Of a stretch of 64,000 bases of DNA, positions 47,225 through 61,997 are shown piece after piece. Within the stretch, counting starts at the first letter, position 1. Every line of letters begins with the position of its first letter. Made by a program: the position numbers and the translations under genes. The notes under the pieces were generated by a model. That model did no database searches and was not told the DNA's origin. It saw nothing but the letters and a program-made list of their open reading frames with translations. Origin of the DNA: the human T2T-CHM13v2.0 reference genome, Homo sapiens; assembly GCF_009914755.1 (NCBI RefSeq), contig NC_060925.1. One strand, written 5' to 3'.

Positions 47225-47267
47225 CTAAATTATTGATGGGTCAAAGAAGAAATAAGGGAATTAGGAA

Positions 47268-47568
47268 CTTTTTTTTTTTTTTTTTTGAGACAGAGTTTTG
47301 CTCTGTCGCCCAGGCTAGAGTGCAGTGGTGCGACCTCGGCTCACTGCAAGCTCCGCCTCCCGGGTTCACGCCATTCTCTTGCCTCAGGCTCCCTCCCGAG
47401 TAGCTGGGACTACAGGCACCTGCCACCATGCCAGGCTAATTTTTGTATTTTCAGTAGAGACGGGGTTTCACCGTGTTAGCCAGGATGGTCTCGATCCTGA
47501 CCTCGTGATCCGCCCGCTTCGGCCTTCCAAAGTGCTGGGATTACAGGCGTGAGCCACCGCGCCCGGCC
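47268..47568 (-). mobile_element. AluY
   Basis: GCAAGCTCCGCC, TTCACGCCATTC and GTTAGCCAGGATGGTCTCGATC; TSD GAATTAGGAACT. Confidence 0.93.
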
Positions 47569-48914
47569 AGAATTAGGAACTATTTTAAAATGAATGATAA
47601 TAAAACTAAACATTAAATTTTGTGAGATGAAGCTAAAGCAGTTCTTAGAAACTTAGAACTATAAATGTTTATCTCAAGAAAGAAGAAGGATTCAAAATCA
47701 ATGATCTAAGCTTTCATGTTAAGAAGCTAAAAAGAAACCACAAATTTAACTCCAAGTAGAAGGAAAGAAATAATGAAATATGAGTGGAAATCAGTGAAAC
47801 AGAAAACAGATAAGCAACAGAGGAAAACAAGAAATGCTGGCAGTTGTTTCTTTGAAAAGATTAATGACTGATCAAGAAAAAGTATGTATGCATAAATATC
47901 AGGATAAATGATCAATATCAAGAATGAAAGGAGACATCACTATAGACCCCGTGAGCATTGCTCCCAGTCTGACAGCAAGAATACCTGGACAAACTGCATA
48001 ATCACATTTTTTGAGCCCATCAGAGAGCTGTGCTAACAGTAAAGTAGCCTGAAATCTCAGAACAAGGGAGTCCCCTGTCTTCTTGGAGACAAGGAGTGAG
48101 CTGGCTTATCTGTGTAGGAGGAAGAGCCAGGGGAACCATGCAACTGAATAAGAAGCTAACATTTTAAACAAATGGCTAAAGAGGAAGTGTGGGCTGGCAT
48201 AAGAGTATGGAACCCTTGGAGTCACAGATGTAAAAAGAGTTCCCACCCATTCCCAGGTTTGTCTCCTCTGGTGCCCATGAAAAAGCTTGGAACAGAAGCT
48301 TCCTAAACAATCTAAACAGATTGTTTAGATGTTATCAAAACAATCCTCAAAGGGGTGAAAATAGTTGGAGGACTTTATCAGATTCCAAATTTACACTAAG
48401 ACTAATCAAGAGTGTGTCACTGACATTAGGTTTGCCAAATAGATCCTTAGAACAAAATGAAGAATCCAAGAAAGACTGATTCTTTTTCTGGCAAAGCCAA
48501 CAAAGCAATCCAGTGGTGAAAGGAAAATCTTTTTAATACATTGTGCTGGAATAATTGTCTATGCATATGAGGGAAAAACGAACCTTGACCCCTACCTCAT
48601 ATTACATACAATCCCACTCATTTTTAGCTGGATTATAGACCCGAATATGAAAGCTAAAACTACATAGCCTCTAGAAAAAAAAAAAACCAGAATATCTTTA
48701 CAATACATGGGAAAGTAAATATTTCTAAGCGATAAAAATCACTAACTATAGAAGAAAAATGTTTGATAAATTGCTGTATATTAAAATGTAAAACGTATGC
48801 TCATCAAAAGGCACCATTAAGCAAATAAGTACTGAAACTAGAGTCAGGGAGAAATACTTGCAAGACATATCTGGCAAAGGACTTAAATTCAGGGTGTGTG
48901 TGTGTGTGTGTGTA

Positions 48915-49835
<921 letters not shown>

Positions 49836-49839
49836 TAAC

Positions 49840-50790
49840 TTATAATTCAATAAGACAAACAACTTGATATTTTTTAATCAGCAAAAGATTTAAAGATATT
49901 TCACAAAGGAAACATACAAATGGCCAGTAAGCCCATGAGAAGATGCTCAATATCTTTAGACATCAGGTATATGCAGATTGATACAATAATTAGATATTAT
50001 TTCATGCCCACACAACACAAAATTTGTTAAAAAACAAACAAAGGATATTAATTGCGAATGTATGTATTTCTGATGGGCATGTAAAATGGTATGACCACTT
50101 TGGAAAATGAGTTGGCAGTTTCCTTTTAATTTTTTTTATCTTCTAAAATAGAGATGGGGGTCTCGCTATGTTGACCAGGCTTCTCCTGAACCCTGGCCTC
50201 AAACAGTCCTCCCACCTCTGCCTCCCAAAGTGCTGGGATTACAGGTGTGAGCCACCACACCCAGCTGGCAGTTTCTGATAGAGTTAAACATACCTCTGAT
50301 TAGACAATTCCACTCCTAAATATATTTATCGTGGAGAAATGAAAAACATATATGTCCACAAAAAGATCTATACACAAATGTTCATAGAAGCTTTATTCAC
50401 AACAGTGAAAAACTGGAAAGAAACCAAAATGTCCATCAATAGCAGAATGGATTTTAATAATCATTAATGAGAAAATACTTGGCAATAAAACTGTTACATA
50501 CTACGGATGCATGAGCAATGTGGATGAATCTCAAACACACTGTGTTGGACAAAGAAGCCAGACACAACAGAACCCATACTGTGTAATTTCTCATGTATAA
50601 AATTCAATAATAGGTGGAACAAATCTACGATGATGGAAATCAGAACCTCAATTGCCTCTAGTGGAGAAGAAATTAAATGGAGAGGAACATAAGAAAATTT
50701 TTGGAGGATGATGAAAATGTTCTGTATACTGCCTGGACTATATTGCTAGATACATTAGACAAAAGATTTGTCTTTATGTTAAATGCCTTT
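49840..50790 (+). mobile_element. L1M 3' region with antisense Alu monomer (50125-50264)
   Basis: CAATTCCACTCCTA, AAATGTCCATCAATAG and TGGATGAATCTCAAA. Monomer flanked by TSD TGGCAGTTTC. Confidence 0.78.
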
Positions 50791-51356
50791 TAAAAATATT
50801 TAAGAAGGAAGCATTAGGCAATAAGGAATTAGAGTCAATGAGTATCAATTGTTGAAGTGTCATGGAGAAAGAAAGTGAGGAAGCAGCTAGAACATGACAG
50901 GGGGCCTAGTGAGGATTGTTTAAAGCTTCCATATGTAGCAGCGTATTTGTATGCTGATACAGTGCCCAGGTACAGAGGAGAAAATCAATGGTGCAGAAGA
51001 AAGAGAGAAGATTAGTTGGAATGACGTACTTGAAAAGGTGAGAAAGAAGGGATCTAGCGCCCAGATGGAAGGGCTGGTTTTAGACAGAAACACAATTCAC
51101 CCAAAGTAACAGGAGAGGAGGCAGGGATTATAGTACAGATGCTGGCTTGACATGAGAGACAGTGAGTGGGGCCTGGGGTGCTGGTTTTGGAGTCCATCGT
51201 CCATCGTTCCTACAATCAACACTTACTAGATGGAAAAAATAACTCCTGCTTTCTTCACAAGATTGTACTGAGGATTTAATGAGACTAAATGTATGAAACG
51301 AGGGAGCCTAAAAAATAAATCTTGCCACAAACACCGTAATTAATATAAAGAGTTGG

Positions 51357-51892
51357 TGATTGTTAATATTGAGTGTCAACTTGATTAGATTGAGGGATGC
51401 AAAGTCTTATTCCTGGGTGTGTCTGTGAGAGTGTTGCCAAAGATTAACATTTGAGTCAGTGAACTGGGAGAGGTAGGCCCACCCTCAATGTGGATGAGCA
51501 CCATCTAATCAGCTGCAGTGCATCTAGAATACAGCAGGCAGAGGAACACGGAAGGACTAGGCTGGCTGAGTCTTCTGGCCTCCATCTTTCTACCATGCTG
51601 GATGCTTCCTGCCCTCAAACATCAGAGTCCAAGTTCTTCAGCTTTTGGACTCTTGGACTTACACCAGTGGTTTACCAGGGACTCTCAGGCCTTTGGCCAC
51701 AGACTGAAGGTGCACTGTCAGCTTCCCTACTTTTGAAGTTCTGGGACTCAGACTGGCTCCTCAGCTTGCAGATGGCCAATTGTGGGACTTCACCTTGTGA
51801 TCACGTGAGTCAACACTCCTTAATATAAACTCCCTTTCATGTATACATCTATCCTGTTAGTTCTGTCCCTCTAGAGAACCTGGACTAATACA
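51357..51892 (+). mobile_element. MLT2A-type (HERV-L) solo LTR
   Basis: GTTAATATTGAGTGTCAACTTGATT...CCCACCCTCAATGTGG...TCTGTCCCTCTAGAGAACCT...ACTAATACA. Confidence 0.88.
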
Positions 51893-52995
51893 GAGACTTC
51901 CCCTGGAGTGGATTGGACTGGCTTATGAAGTTATGGGCTCTGCATCTTGACCTGTTTATGGACAGGGGATCCCTCTGGTGTGCCAGAGGTTGGAATAGGC
52001 AACCTCTAAGATTCCTCATGGCACAAAGTGAACAAGAGCAAGGCCCAAATGGTAAAAGACTGAGAAGGTTGTGGGGCCACTATCCTTCCTGTGAGGCATC
52101 AATTCAGGTAGTCCTGTATGTTAAGATTTCAGAGTGTGTGTAGTCATGGAATGAGCCAGGCTTTGGAGTCACTCATTCCGGGTTAGAATCATGGTTCTGT
52201 CATTTACAACACGTGTGACTTTGAAGGAAATTTTGTTTCCTCAATAATAGCATAAATAAATAACATATGTGCATATATAAATGAATATATAAGATAAATA
52301 GACCTCCTAGCATTGTAGTAGGGTTTAGATGGTGTAATGTTTACCAAACCTCTAGATTACAGTATGCTCATGGAGATGTCAGCCCAGTTCCTTTCAGTGG
52401 CTATGATGGCAAGTTAATTTTTCTAAAAGGAGAGGATGTGGTAGCACCTGAGGGAAGAGGAGCTGATATTGAGGCAAAGGAAAGATTAGCAACTCTCAAC
52501 ACTCCCTTTTCACTCAGATTCAGTTCCTTGTGATAAACTGTACAAACACAGCTGATTGTTCAGCAAAATTTCAACACTAATGGACAAATAATCATGAGCA
52601 TTTATAATCTCCATCCTCAGATGATCTTCCCCATCCACAGCCACACACATCCAGAAATTGAACTCCACTGAAGCTGTTGAAAGACATAGCTTAAAACTAA
52701 CTTGTCAAAAATGTGCTCCTCTACCTGAGGAGGAAACAAATTCTGAATATGACCTTGGTTATAAATATCTTGCAACAATTTTTATTTCTAAAAAGCAGCT
52801 ATATAAATATGTGTCTGAAAATAAGTTTAACCTTCCTGGGTAAGGAAAAAAGAGAGAAGGAAAATTAACCAACATACAAATTTAAGTAGGTATATTAAGT
52901 GTGAGTTGAGGAAAGTGTAGGTAAATAGGAGAAATGTATTATCTATAATTCTGTTACTAAGCCAGGTTCCTATTGGCTGTAGCACTGCACTTAGC

Positions 52996-53198
52996 CAGGG
53001 GTCTGCACATATTTCCTGCAAAGGGCCAGATAGTAAATATTTTAGGTTTTGTGAAAATAAAACCCGGGGTACAACTGCTCAACTGTGCTTTGTACCATGA
53101 AAGCAGCTATAGATAATACAGAAGGAATGGGTAGGACTATGTTCCAATAAAACTTGATTTACAAAGACAAGTGGCAAGCCATTGTTTGCCAACCCATG
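52996..53198 (+). mobile_element. MER58A-like hAT-Charlie element
   Basis: AAAGGGCCAGATAGTAAATATTTTAGG...GTTCCAATAAAACTT...TTTGCCAACCC. Confidence 0.85.
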
Positions 53199-56100
53199 GT
53201 CTAAGCTTCATGGATAGATACCAAGGTCAAGAATTGTTTCTGCAATGTGAAACTCAGCAGATAGATGAAAAAGGTGAGGGAAAACAGCGTTTATTAAGAG
53301 CTGGTTATGTACCTGGAACTTTCATATCCACAATCTCCCCGAACTGACATAACTATTCTAAAAATGGTTATATATGACCTCTGACTTCCACCAATGAGGA
53401 AATCAGTCAAACCACTTCTTCACAGCACTTTGATGTTAGTGGCAGTGGCTTTTAAATACGAATCACTTTCTAAAGCCTATGTTATTTCCATCAGTCTAAA
53501 ATGGAGAAATCCACATGCACAATTTTTAAAAGTTAGAATGGTAACGATACAACAAAGAAAATAAAAAATGGGAATAACTCAAATCCCTAATGACAATGGT
53601 ATTTATGATATTGGCTTGGAAAAAGAATCACAGGAAGCAGGGTTGCTCAGTTGGCTGGGCAACAGTTAACAAAGTAACCCACTAAAGAATACTGTATACA
53701 AATACCTCCCGGCAGAGCCACCATTGATTTGTGCCAATGGAAGGTAAGGATGGACAATTCTGGACAAGTCAATAGGTCCAGAGGCCCAGAAGATGGCCTG
53801 TGTTTCCACCTTCCCTCACAGACACCTCTGCTTAGTCAAGAACAACATATTCTTGTGTTCAAGATCCTGGTGCTTGCTTTCCACCTCCTGCTCCCTCTAT
53901 GAAAAGAAGCCACTCTCCACTACCAGCCACGTTTAATTCATGTTTTCAGTGGCCACCAGCTACCTTTCATGACATCTTCCTCCTCTGAGACAACCCTGTG
54001 GAATTTAGGTGCCAGCTCTCTAAGTCACTGCCCCCAGCAGGATCAGAATTGACAAACTGATCAGTCAGTTACGAATTTGATTCATGCCCAAATTTCCTCT
54101 AAGGTCTATGTGGTACCTCAGCAGGTACCATTATTTTAAGTTATATTTGTCAAATTGTAGATCTTTACAACCACCTAACGAATATATGTCACTCTACCTA
54201 GAATGGTAAATTCACAATGCCAACTACCTTCAGACTTTCGAGGAAATGAATGGGAGGGTTAGGGAGAGGATGGATTAAAAACAAATCGCTCTTGACATCC
54301 TTGAGCCCAGTTTCTCCAGAGAAGCATAGGTTAAGGAATGGGAGCTGAACAGCCAGAGCTCTAGGATCTGGAGATGTCGGGGAGACAATGCAACATCTTC
54401 CAGAGCTTGAAATTGACACCTGATTTAGCCCAGCTCTAACAAAGGCCCCTCTCTCCGAGTTCATCCATGCAAAGTGAGGACCTGTACCAACATAAATCAT
54501 CGCTTCCAGGCTTCACATTTTCTGATGCTGCCTAAGGAGAGGATGGGCCACAATCCTTGATGTTGCTTTGCCCCAGAACTCCCACTGGCATGTGGAAGAT
54601 ATTTTAGCATGCTGGCAGAGTGGTGCAGACAAGATGACACCTTCCTTTATTGCTTGTCCCTCAACTTCCCTTCATGCTTTGACACAAGGATGTCCTGGCT
54701 GGAACTTTCCTTCAGGTTTGGAGGTCTCAGCTAGGAAGTGGGGTTGGTACAAGAAGAACACAGCACAGGGCAGGGAACAACAAAAAATCCAGACACTGCA
54801 CTTGGGGAAATTTCCTTAGACATCCCCATCCCCTCTGGGAATTTCTCTCTGGCTAGCCTTTCTCCTCAGTCCTTGACCAGGTGCTGGGCTGCTGGCCCCT
54901 CTCCCTCTTTTAACCCTCCTCATATTCCTCTCTCTTAGAGCATTACTGGATTTACCAGAGCCATTCTCAGTGGTCCTGAATCTGTCTGTAAGTATTTAGA
55001 GCCAGGCATCCATAACTGACCCCATATACATGAGCCTACCACCAACTCCTGTCCACTAAGTAAAGGTCAAAGCTGGAATAAAACTGTCAGTCATCACATA
55101 CAATCCCCATAGTGTAATACGAAGTATAATTATGGTTAATGAAGGATTAGTCTAACCTCGAGTCACCTGCCCCTCATAAAAATGGAAGCCTAATGAGTTC
55201 AGACTTCAATTCATGATGAAGTACTCTTACATATGATAAATGGAATGTCTAGTAAGAGAAAATATCTATAATGAAGGGTGAGGGTGGAGAAATGTTCTCT
55301 AAAATAATTGGTTTGACCCCACTGTGGTTCCAAACAGTTGGGAATATACCCATAGACTTCATGGTAAGAAGCAATTTGTCAAGATTGAAGTTCACTACTT
55401 AGAATGATTAATGTATGACCCACTTAGAGGATGAAAATCTTCCTCCGGTTCTTGACTTTATTTGTACTTCTAATCAAGTGTCCCACATCAGGGAGTGTTA
55501 CCAGGATTAGGCAATAAAGAGTTCTTAGTTCTATGATGTTCAGAGTAAGTGACCTTGATTTCTATATCTAAGAAAAAGAAATCTCTTTTTGGTACCAAAT
55601 GTAATCTAGGTTTCCAGGACCTTAATTACCAGATTCAAACAACTGGTACACCCTCTACACTACCAACATTGTGGTGTCTGAGAGCATAACTCGGATTTTA
55701 CCACAAGGAGTGATATTGTTCGTGAGCAGGAAGGCATAAGGATATTAAGGGCTCCAGGATAGTGATATATGCAAAGTTTTCCCAAGATTTATGGCACTCA
55801 CTACATTCCACAAGACTAAGGATCACTTGTCTATAAATCTGGTGAAGAAATTTCCTTCTCTGTTGACAAATACATCCCTCGAGGAATGGGCCACAGGAAA
55901 GCAATGGTAGCACCCATCAATTGTCCTGCCAATCTTGGCATCTGGGGCCCCAGAAATAATTAATTCCACCTTGAGAGAACATAGCATAAATAAAGGCTAA
56001 ACTTAATCAAAATGTGACTGGAGTTTCAATCAGGGCACACAGGGCTTGACAAGGGGGATGTAAATATTATTGTAAGTCACATCAAACCTGTCAGCAAATT

Positions 56101-56769
56101 AGATCAGAGTCCAGAGAAATGGACCTCTATCAGAGAAGCCGAAACTCAGGGAGGACCCCTGAGGTAGACAAAGCTCAGAATGGTCAGTCTACCCTCAACT
56201 TTGCCAAGACTTTTCAGTGAGAAAAAGTAAAAATCAAACTTTTGATTGTGTGGAACTAGTTTTTTTTACATTCTTTACAAATATGCTATAAACTTTCAAG
56301 AGATCTTTGAGGTCCCAAGCCCATCATACCCCAAGAGAGAAATAGTAGACATTATAAATCTATATAACAATATCCAATTTGAGAGCAGAGACTACAGTGT
56401 CTCATTCGCCCTTGAAGCTCAGTCACCCACCCACCATTCCTGCCCACCACACACACACACAGGACCTGCTTAATGCATGATTGTGAAATAAATGAACTGG
56501 TTCAAGGTCTTCATAAATCATGGAAAGTCTCCTCAAACATAGAACATTTTGTCAGGTTCTAAAGACGAGCTATCAGTTCATTAGAAAAGCGTACCACTGG
56601 AGCGGATGAAAAGTAACGAGTTTGAGAGTTAAATCTCCTGGTTAAAATAAGGATAAGCACAGCTAACAAATGTGGGGACACAGACACACTACAGTCTTAA
56701 CAACCAGATTGTTTCCATTCTCAACATGAGACTGGGATGATTTTGCTACTTCTTTTCCTGCTCTTAGGT

Positions 56770-57150
56770 GTGGCGGCCAGGAAAAAGTACCTCACAGTCC
56801 CGCATTGACCAAGCTAGGGTTTGCTCTTTGAGATCTACCTGGAAGCCACGCCCCCATCGCTGCTCCCAGCCAATGGCTGCGTGCGCCAGGAACAGTTGCT
56901 CAGAAGAAGGAACAGGCTTCTCCGGAGACTGCCTTTGGTTTGACTACTTCCGGAAGCCTTTGCGGAACTTCCTTGCCACATTAGGCTACTTACTGACACC
57001 AACCCTTTCTGCATTCTCTTTCTTTCATTTGGGATCAGACTGCTATCACTGTTCAGACAATTCTCCCAACTTCTCTGTCTCCTTTTATCCTTCCCCACAG
57101 AAATTGCCCCTAATAAAATCCATGCATGTTTAATTCCATTTTGGCATCTG
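56770..57150 (+). mobile_element. ERVL solo LTR (LTR16-like)
   Basis: 3' end CCCCTAATAAAATCCATGCATGTTTAATTCCATTTTGGCATCTG resembles the LTR16 family; CAGCCAATG box. Confidence 0.55.
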
Positions 57151-57207
57151 GACTCACATGTCAGGATGCAGAGATTTTTGGGATAGGGCAGCCAGCATAG
57201 CATATGA

Positions 57208-57606
<399 letters not shown>

Positions 57607-58699
57607 TAAAGGAAGATTTACCTTTTAGGTAAAGGCAGTAACAACACAATAATTACAATATAATAATCTGTGTAAACATAAGGCAGAAATTAATAAAATG
57701 TCCTTAAAGGATAAGCTCTGAGCACTTTCCCAAGAGGGAAAACATTTTACATTTTAAAAGGTGATTGATAATTAGAAAGTAGTATTCGTTGCACTCTCTA
57801 TGTGTCACTATGCTAAATCATGAAATAACTCAAAACTATCTCACTTAATCTTCCCATCTCCTAAGACTTACTATTATCATTTCAGGGTGATAGATGAAGA
57901 GACTGAAATGCAGACAGGTCAAGTGATTTGCCCATGGTCATACCAGCCTGTAACTTTGGATTCAGGGATACTGACTTCAGAAGTTGTACTCTGAACTACT
58001 GCACTGTACAGACTCCTGTTTTGTGGTTATCTGTGTCAAGCCTGGTAAAGGAGCAAATGAATCACTCTCCAATTCCAATCTTGGCTTGCTCATTCAGTTC
58101 CAATTTCCTGACTGGCACTGGCCATTAATGGCTTAAGTTCTGCCTCTCATGACTTATTTGAATTGTTAAACCTGGAAATAACAAATTCCAGGGAGATTCT
58201 GCTTCCAGGAGTACAGATGATTCTCAAGCAGTGCCTTCCTGCTGCATAACAGCTAAGCGTGTTTGGGTGTGGAGAGAGGGCACTTTTTAATACATTTCTG
58301 GGCTTGGAGGATGTGAAGAAACACTCCAAGTGCCACCTCCCAAATAAAAACAAATCAGAGTGGTGCGGAGTGGACCTTCATTTACAACCTGAACAACTTT
58401 GGGATCAATTCATGAAAAAAAAATGGGTGTTACAGATGCTGATGTCTGGAGAAAGAACATTCAGCAGAAGATATTGCTAGGACAGAGGCCCTGAGGGGGA
58501 GCATGGCTTTGCCTGTCCATCCTGTATTCTCAACATAGCAGCTGGGAGCCTGTTAAAATATGCCTGTCTTCTCTGTTCACAATCCCCTAGGGACTGTGCA
58601 TCTCATTCACAATTAAATCCAAAGTCCCTTCTGTGACCTATAAGACCAGACCTTATTTGCTCCCCACAGCCCTCTATTCCCCCACTCCACCTCCCGCCC

Positions 58700-59147
58700 T
58701 GTCTTCGTCTGCTTTGCGTTGCTATAAAGGAATACCAGAGGCTGGGTAATTTGTAAAGAAAAGAGGTTTACTTAGCTCACAGTTCTGCAGGCTTACAAAA
58801 AGCATGGCACCCCAGCATCTGCTCAGCTTCTGGTGAGGGCCTCAGGCTGCTTCCACTCATGGAGGAATCCAAGGGGAGCCAATTGTGCAGAGATCACATG
58901 GTGAGAGAGGAAGCAAGAAGGGAGAAGGGGAGTTGCCAGGCTCTTTTCAACAGCCAGCTCTCCTGAGAACTAATAGAGTGAGAACCCATTCACCCCAAGG
59001 GAGGGCATTAATCTATTCATGACAGATACACCCCCCATGACCCAAACACCTTCCACTAGGTGCCACCTCCCAACAATGCTACCCTGGAGAAGAACTTTCA
59101 GCATGAGATTTGGTGGGGGCAAAAAAACCCATATCCAAACCATAGCA
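58700..59147 (-). mobile_element. MST (MSTA/B-like) MaLR solo LTR
   Basis: TTGCTATAAAGGAATACC...CTCACAGTTCTGCAGGCT...CATGAGATTTGG...CCAAACCATAGCA. Confidence 0.88.
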
Positions 59148-59599
59148 CCCTCTGTCATTAGCCATAGCTGCTCAGGAAAGCTTGTTCTCGTGTTCTTAGC
59201 TTGAGTGTTGGAGTGGATCCTGAAGGTGCTGCAGCTGGAGGCTGGAGGCTACAGGCTGATCACAATCCTCTTTGGCAGTTTCTCTGTTGCAGAGGCCTGA
59301 GAGGCCCACTCCTATGGCCGCCAGAATAAGCCAGACTGAATTAACCAAAACTCAGATTGACAGCCGATATTTTTCAATCTATTTTTTTCCAAGCAGCATC
59401 ATAATACTGTCTTAATGAACTTTCATAAATTCAATTTGAGAAAGTTTTTTTAATTATAAAATATAAATTATTGAGTATTTTTCAGAAATTAATTTCCATC
59501 TTTCTCTCATATTCATATTAACTAGCCTCAGGGTAATATTATGTTGACTAATAGAGGTCATTAGGAAAACAAATTAAGGGGGAAATATAATCTTTTATA

Positions 59600-61290
59600 T
59601 TTACCCACATGTTTATGAATTCCAGCACTCTTCATTTCTTCCAAAACACTTGAGTTTTTATTTGGAACCATTTCTATTAAATCTGAGGAATTTTAGCATT
59701 TCTTTAATCTTAAAATGTTTCATTTCACCTAGGTTTTTAAAAAAATGATAGACTTGAATTTTTAGAGCAGTTTTAGGGCTTAAAGAATAAATGAGCACAA
59801 AGTACAGGGGTTCCCATAAATTATCTTCCCTCTCCTTTGTTTTTCCTCTTATTAACATCTCACATTATTTCAGTATACTTATTACAGTTGATAAGCCAAT
59901 ATTGTTAGCTGAACTCCATGGTTTACATTGGGGTTCACTCTTGGGACTGTGCTTTCTATGGGTTTAGACAAATACACAATGTCACATATCCACCAGTAGT
60001 GCATGCAGAAGAGTCTCAGTGCCCTAAAAAAATTCACTGGGTTCTACATATTTTTTTCTCTCTCCATTCCCCTGAGTCCCTGGCAACTGCCGATCTTTTT
60101 AATATTCTGATAGCTTTGCTTTTTCCAGAATGTTATGCAGTTGGAATCATGCAGTGTCATGGTTAATTGTGTGTGTCAACTTGACTGGGCCACAGGGTGC
60201 CCAGATATTTGGTTGAACATTATTCTGGGTACATTTGAGAGTGTTTCTGGATGAGATTAGTGAGTAAAGCAGATTTTCCTCCCTGGGGATGGTGGGCCTC
60301 ATCAATCTGTTGAAGGCCTGAATGGTGCAAAAGAGCTGAGTAAGAGAGAATTGGCTGATTCGAGGACAGTCTGGTTGACTGTCCTCAAGCTAGGACATCG
60401 TTCTTTTCTTGCCTTCAGATTCAGACTTGGACTTACATCATCAGCTTTGCTGGTTCTCAGGCCTTTGAACTTGGACTCAGGCTGGAACTATACCATTGGC
60501 TCTTCAGGGTCTCCAGCTTGCCAATGGCAGATCTTGAACTTCTCAGTCTCTATAATCATGTAAGCCAAATCTTTGTAATTAATCATTGTGCGCACGTGTG
60601 TGCACACACACACACACACAGCCTATTGGTTCTGCCTCTCTGTAGAACCTTAATATATAGACTATGGGATTTTTTTCAGACTGGCTTCTTTCACCTAGCA
60701 ATATGCATTTAGGTTTCCTTCATGTCTGTTGGTGATTCTATAGGTCATTTATTTGTGTCATTAAATAATATTCTATTGTATGGATGTGTGACCATTTATT
60801 CATTCACTTGTTGAACGATCTCTTAGTTGCTCCCATGTTTTGGCAATTATGAATAGAGCTGTTACAAATATTTGTGTGCAGGTATTTGTGTAGATATAAG
60901 TTTGCACTTCATTTGTATAAATACCAAAGGGCATGATTGCTGAATCATATGATGAAAGTATGTTTAGATTTGTCAGAAACCACCAAACTGTCTTCCAAAG
61001 TTACTACATCATTTTGCATTTCCACCAGCAATGATCACAATTTTTGAAAGATATTTTTTGGCTATCGAATTCTGGGTTGACAGTCTTTTTTCTTTGGCCC
61101 TAAAGATGTCATTCTTCTGTCTTCTGCCTCCATTGTTTCTGATCACACGTCAGCAGTCATTCACACTGTTGTTCCTTGGGCTCATTTCAAGACTTTCTCT
61201 ATATCTTTATTTTTCAGCAGCTTGACCACCATGCACCTAGTTGTGGGTTTCTTTTTATTTAACCTGCTTAAATTTCTCCTGCAATTTAAT
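59600..61290 (-). mobile_element. Nested old L1 fragments (L1MB-like 3' end inside an older L1M)
   Basis: TTTTTAGAGCAGTTTTAGG; CCACCAAACTGTCTTCCAAAG; GAATTCTGGGTTGACAG. Confidence 0.75.
60155..60660 (+). mobile_element. MLT2D-like ERVL solo LTR
   Basis: TGTCATGGTTAATT...GTCAACTTGACTGGGCCACAGGGTGCCCAGATATTTGG...TATTGGTTCTG...AGAACCT. Confidence 0.85.
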
Positions 61291-61591
61291 AACTAGATAA
61301 GAATGTTTTAAAATCATCAAGTCATTTTTTTTTGGTACGTGAGTTTATATAAAGCATCTAGAACCATGCTTGTTATATAGTACCAGCTATTAGTATTAAA
61401 GACATGTTTTCAAATTACCTGTGAAAAATATGCAAAAATAGTCACTTCATTTACATATTTTATACTATTATTAGATAACAGTTTTTACTGTATTATATAT
61501 CTATATAATTACTACATAGATAACATGTTTATTATATATTAGCTGTATTATAATTAAATGTTGTATATATTATATTATTATAATTATTATA

Positions 61592-61997
61592 AAGTTGATC
61601 CTTGAGCAATTCAGTGGTTGGGGCACTGACTCCGTATGCAATAGAAAATACGCATATCACTTTTGACTTCTTCAAAAACATAACTACTGATAGCCTACTG
61701 TTGATCAGAAGCCTTACTGATAACATAAACAGTCAATTAACCCATAGTTTGTATGTTAGATGTATACTCTTACTATACTGTACTCTTACTATAAAGTAAG
61801 CTACGGAAAAAAAATTAAGAAAGTTATGAGAAAGATAAAATATAATTACTATTTATTAAGCGGGAATGGATCATCAAAAGGTCTTCATTCTCATCGTCCT
61901 CACATTGAGTAGGCTGGGGAGGAGAAAAAGGGGGTTAGTCTTGCTATCTCAGAGGAGGCAGAGAGGGAAGAAAATCCTCATCTCGGTGGACTCATGC
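61592..61997 (+). mobile_element. Tigger2a-like DNA transposon, right end missing
   Basis: AGTTGATCCTTGA left TIR-like start; AACTACTGATAGCCTACTGTTGA..GAAGCCTTAC; stops at GTGGACTCATGC. Confidence 0.8.

Noticed and set aside
54400-56200. Possible degenerate ERVL LTR/internal sequence
   Set aside because: Could not be matched confidently to any consensus by eye.
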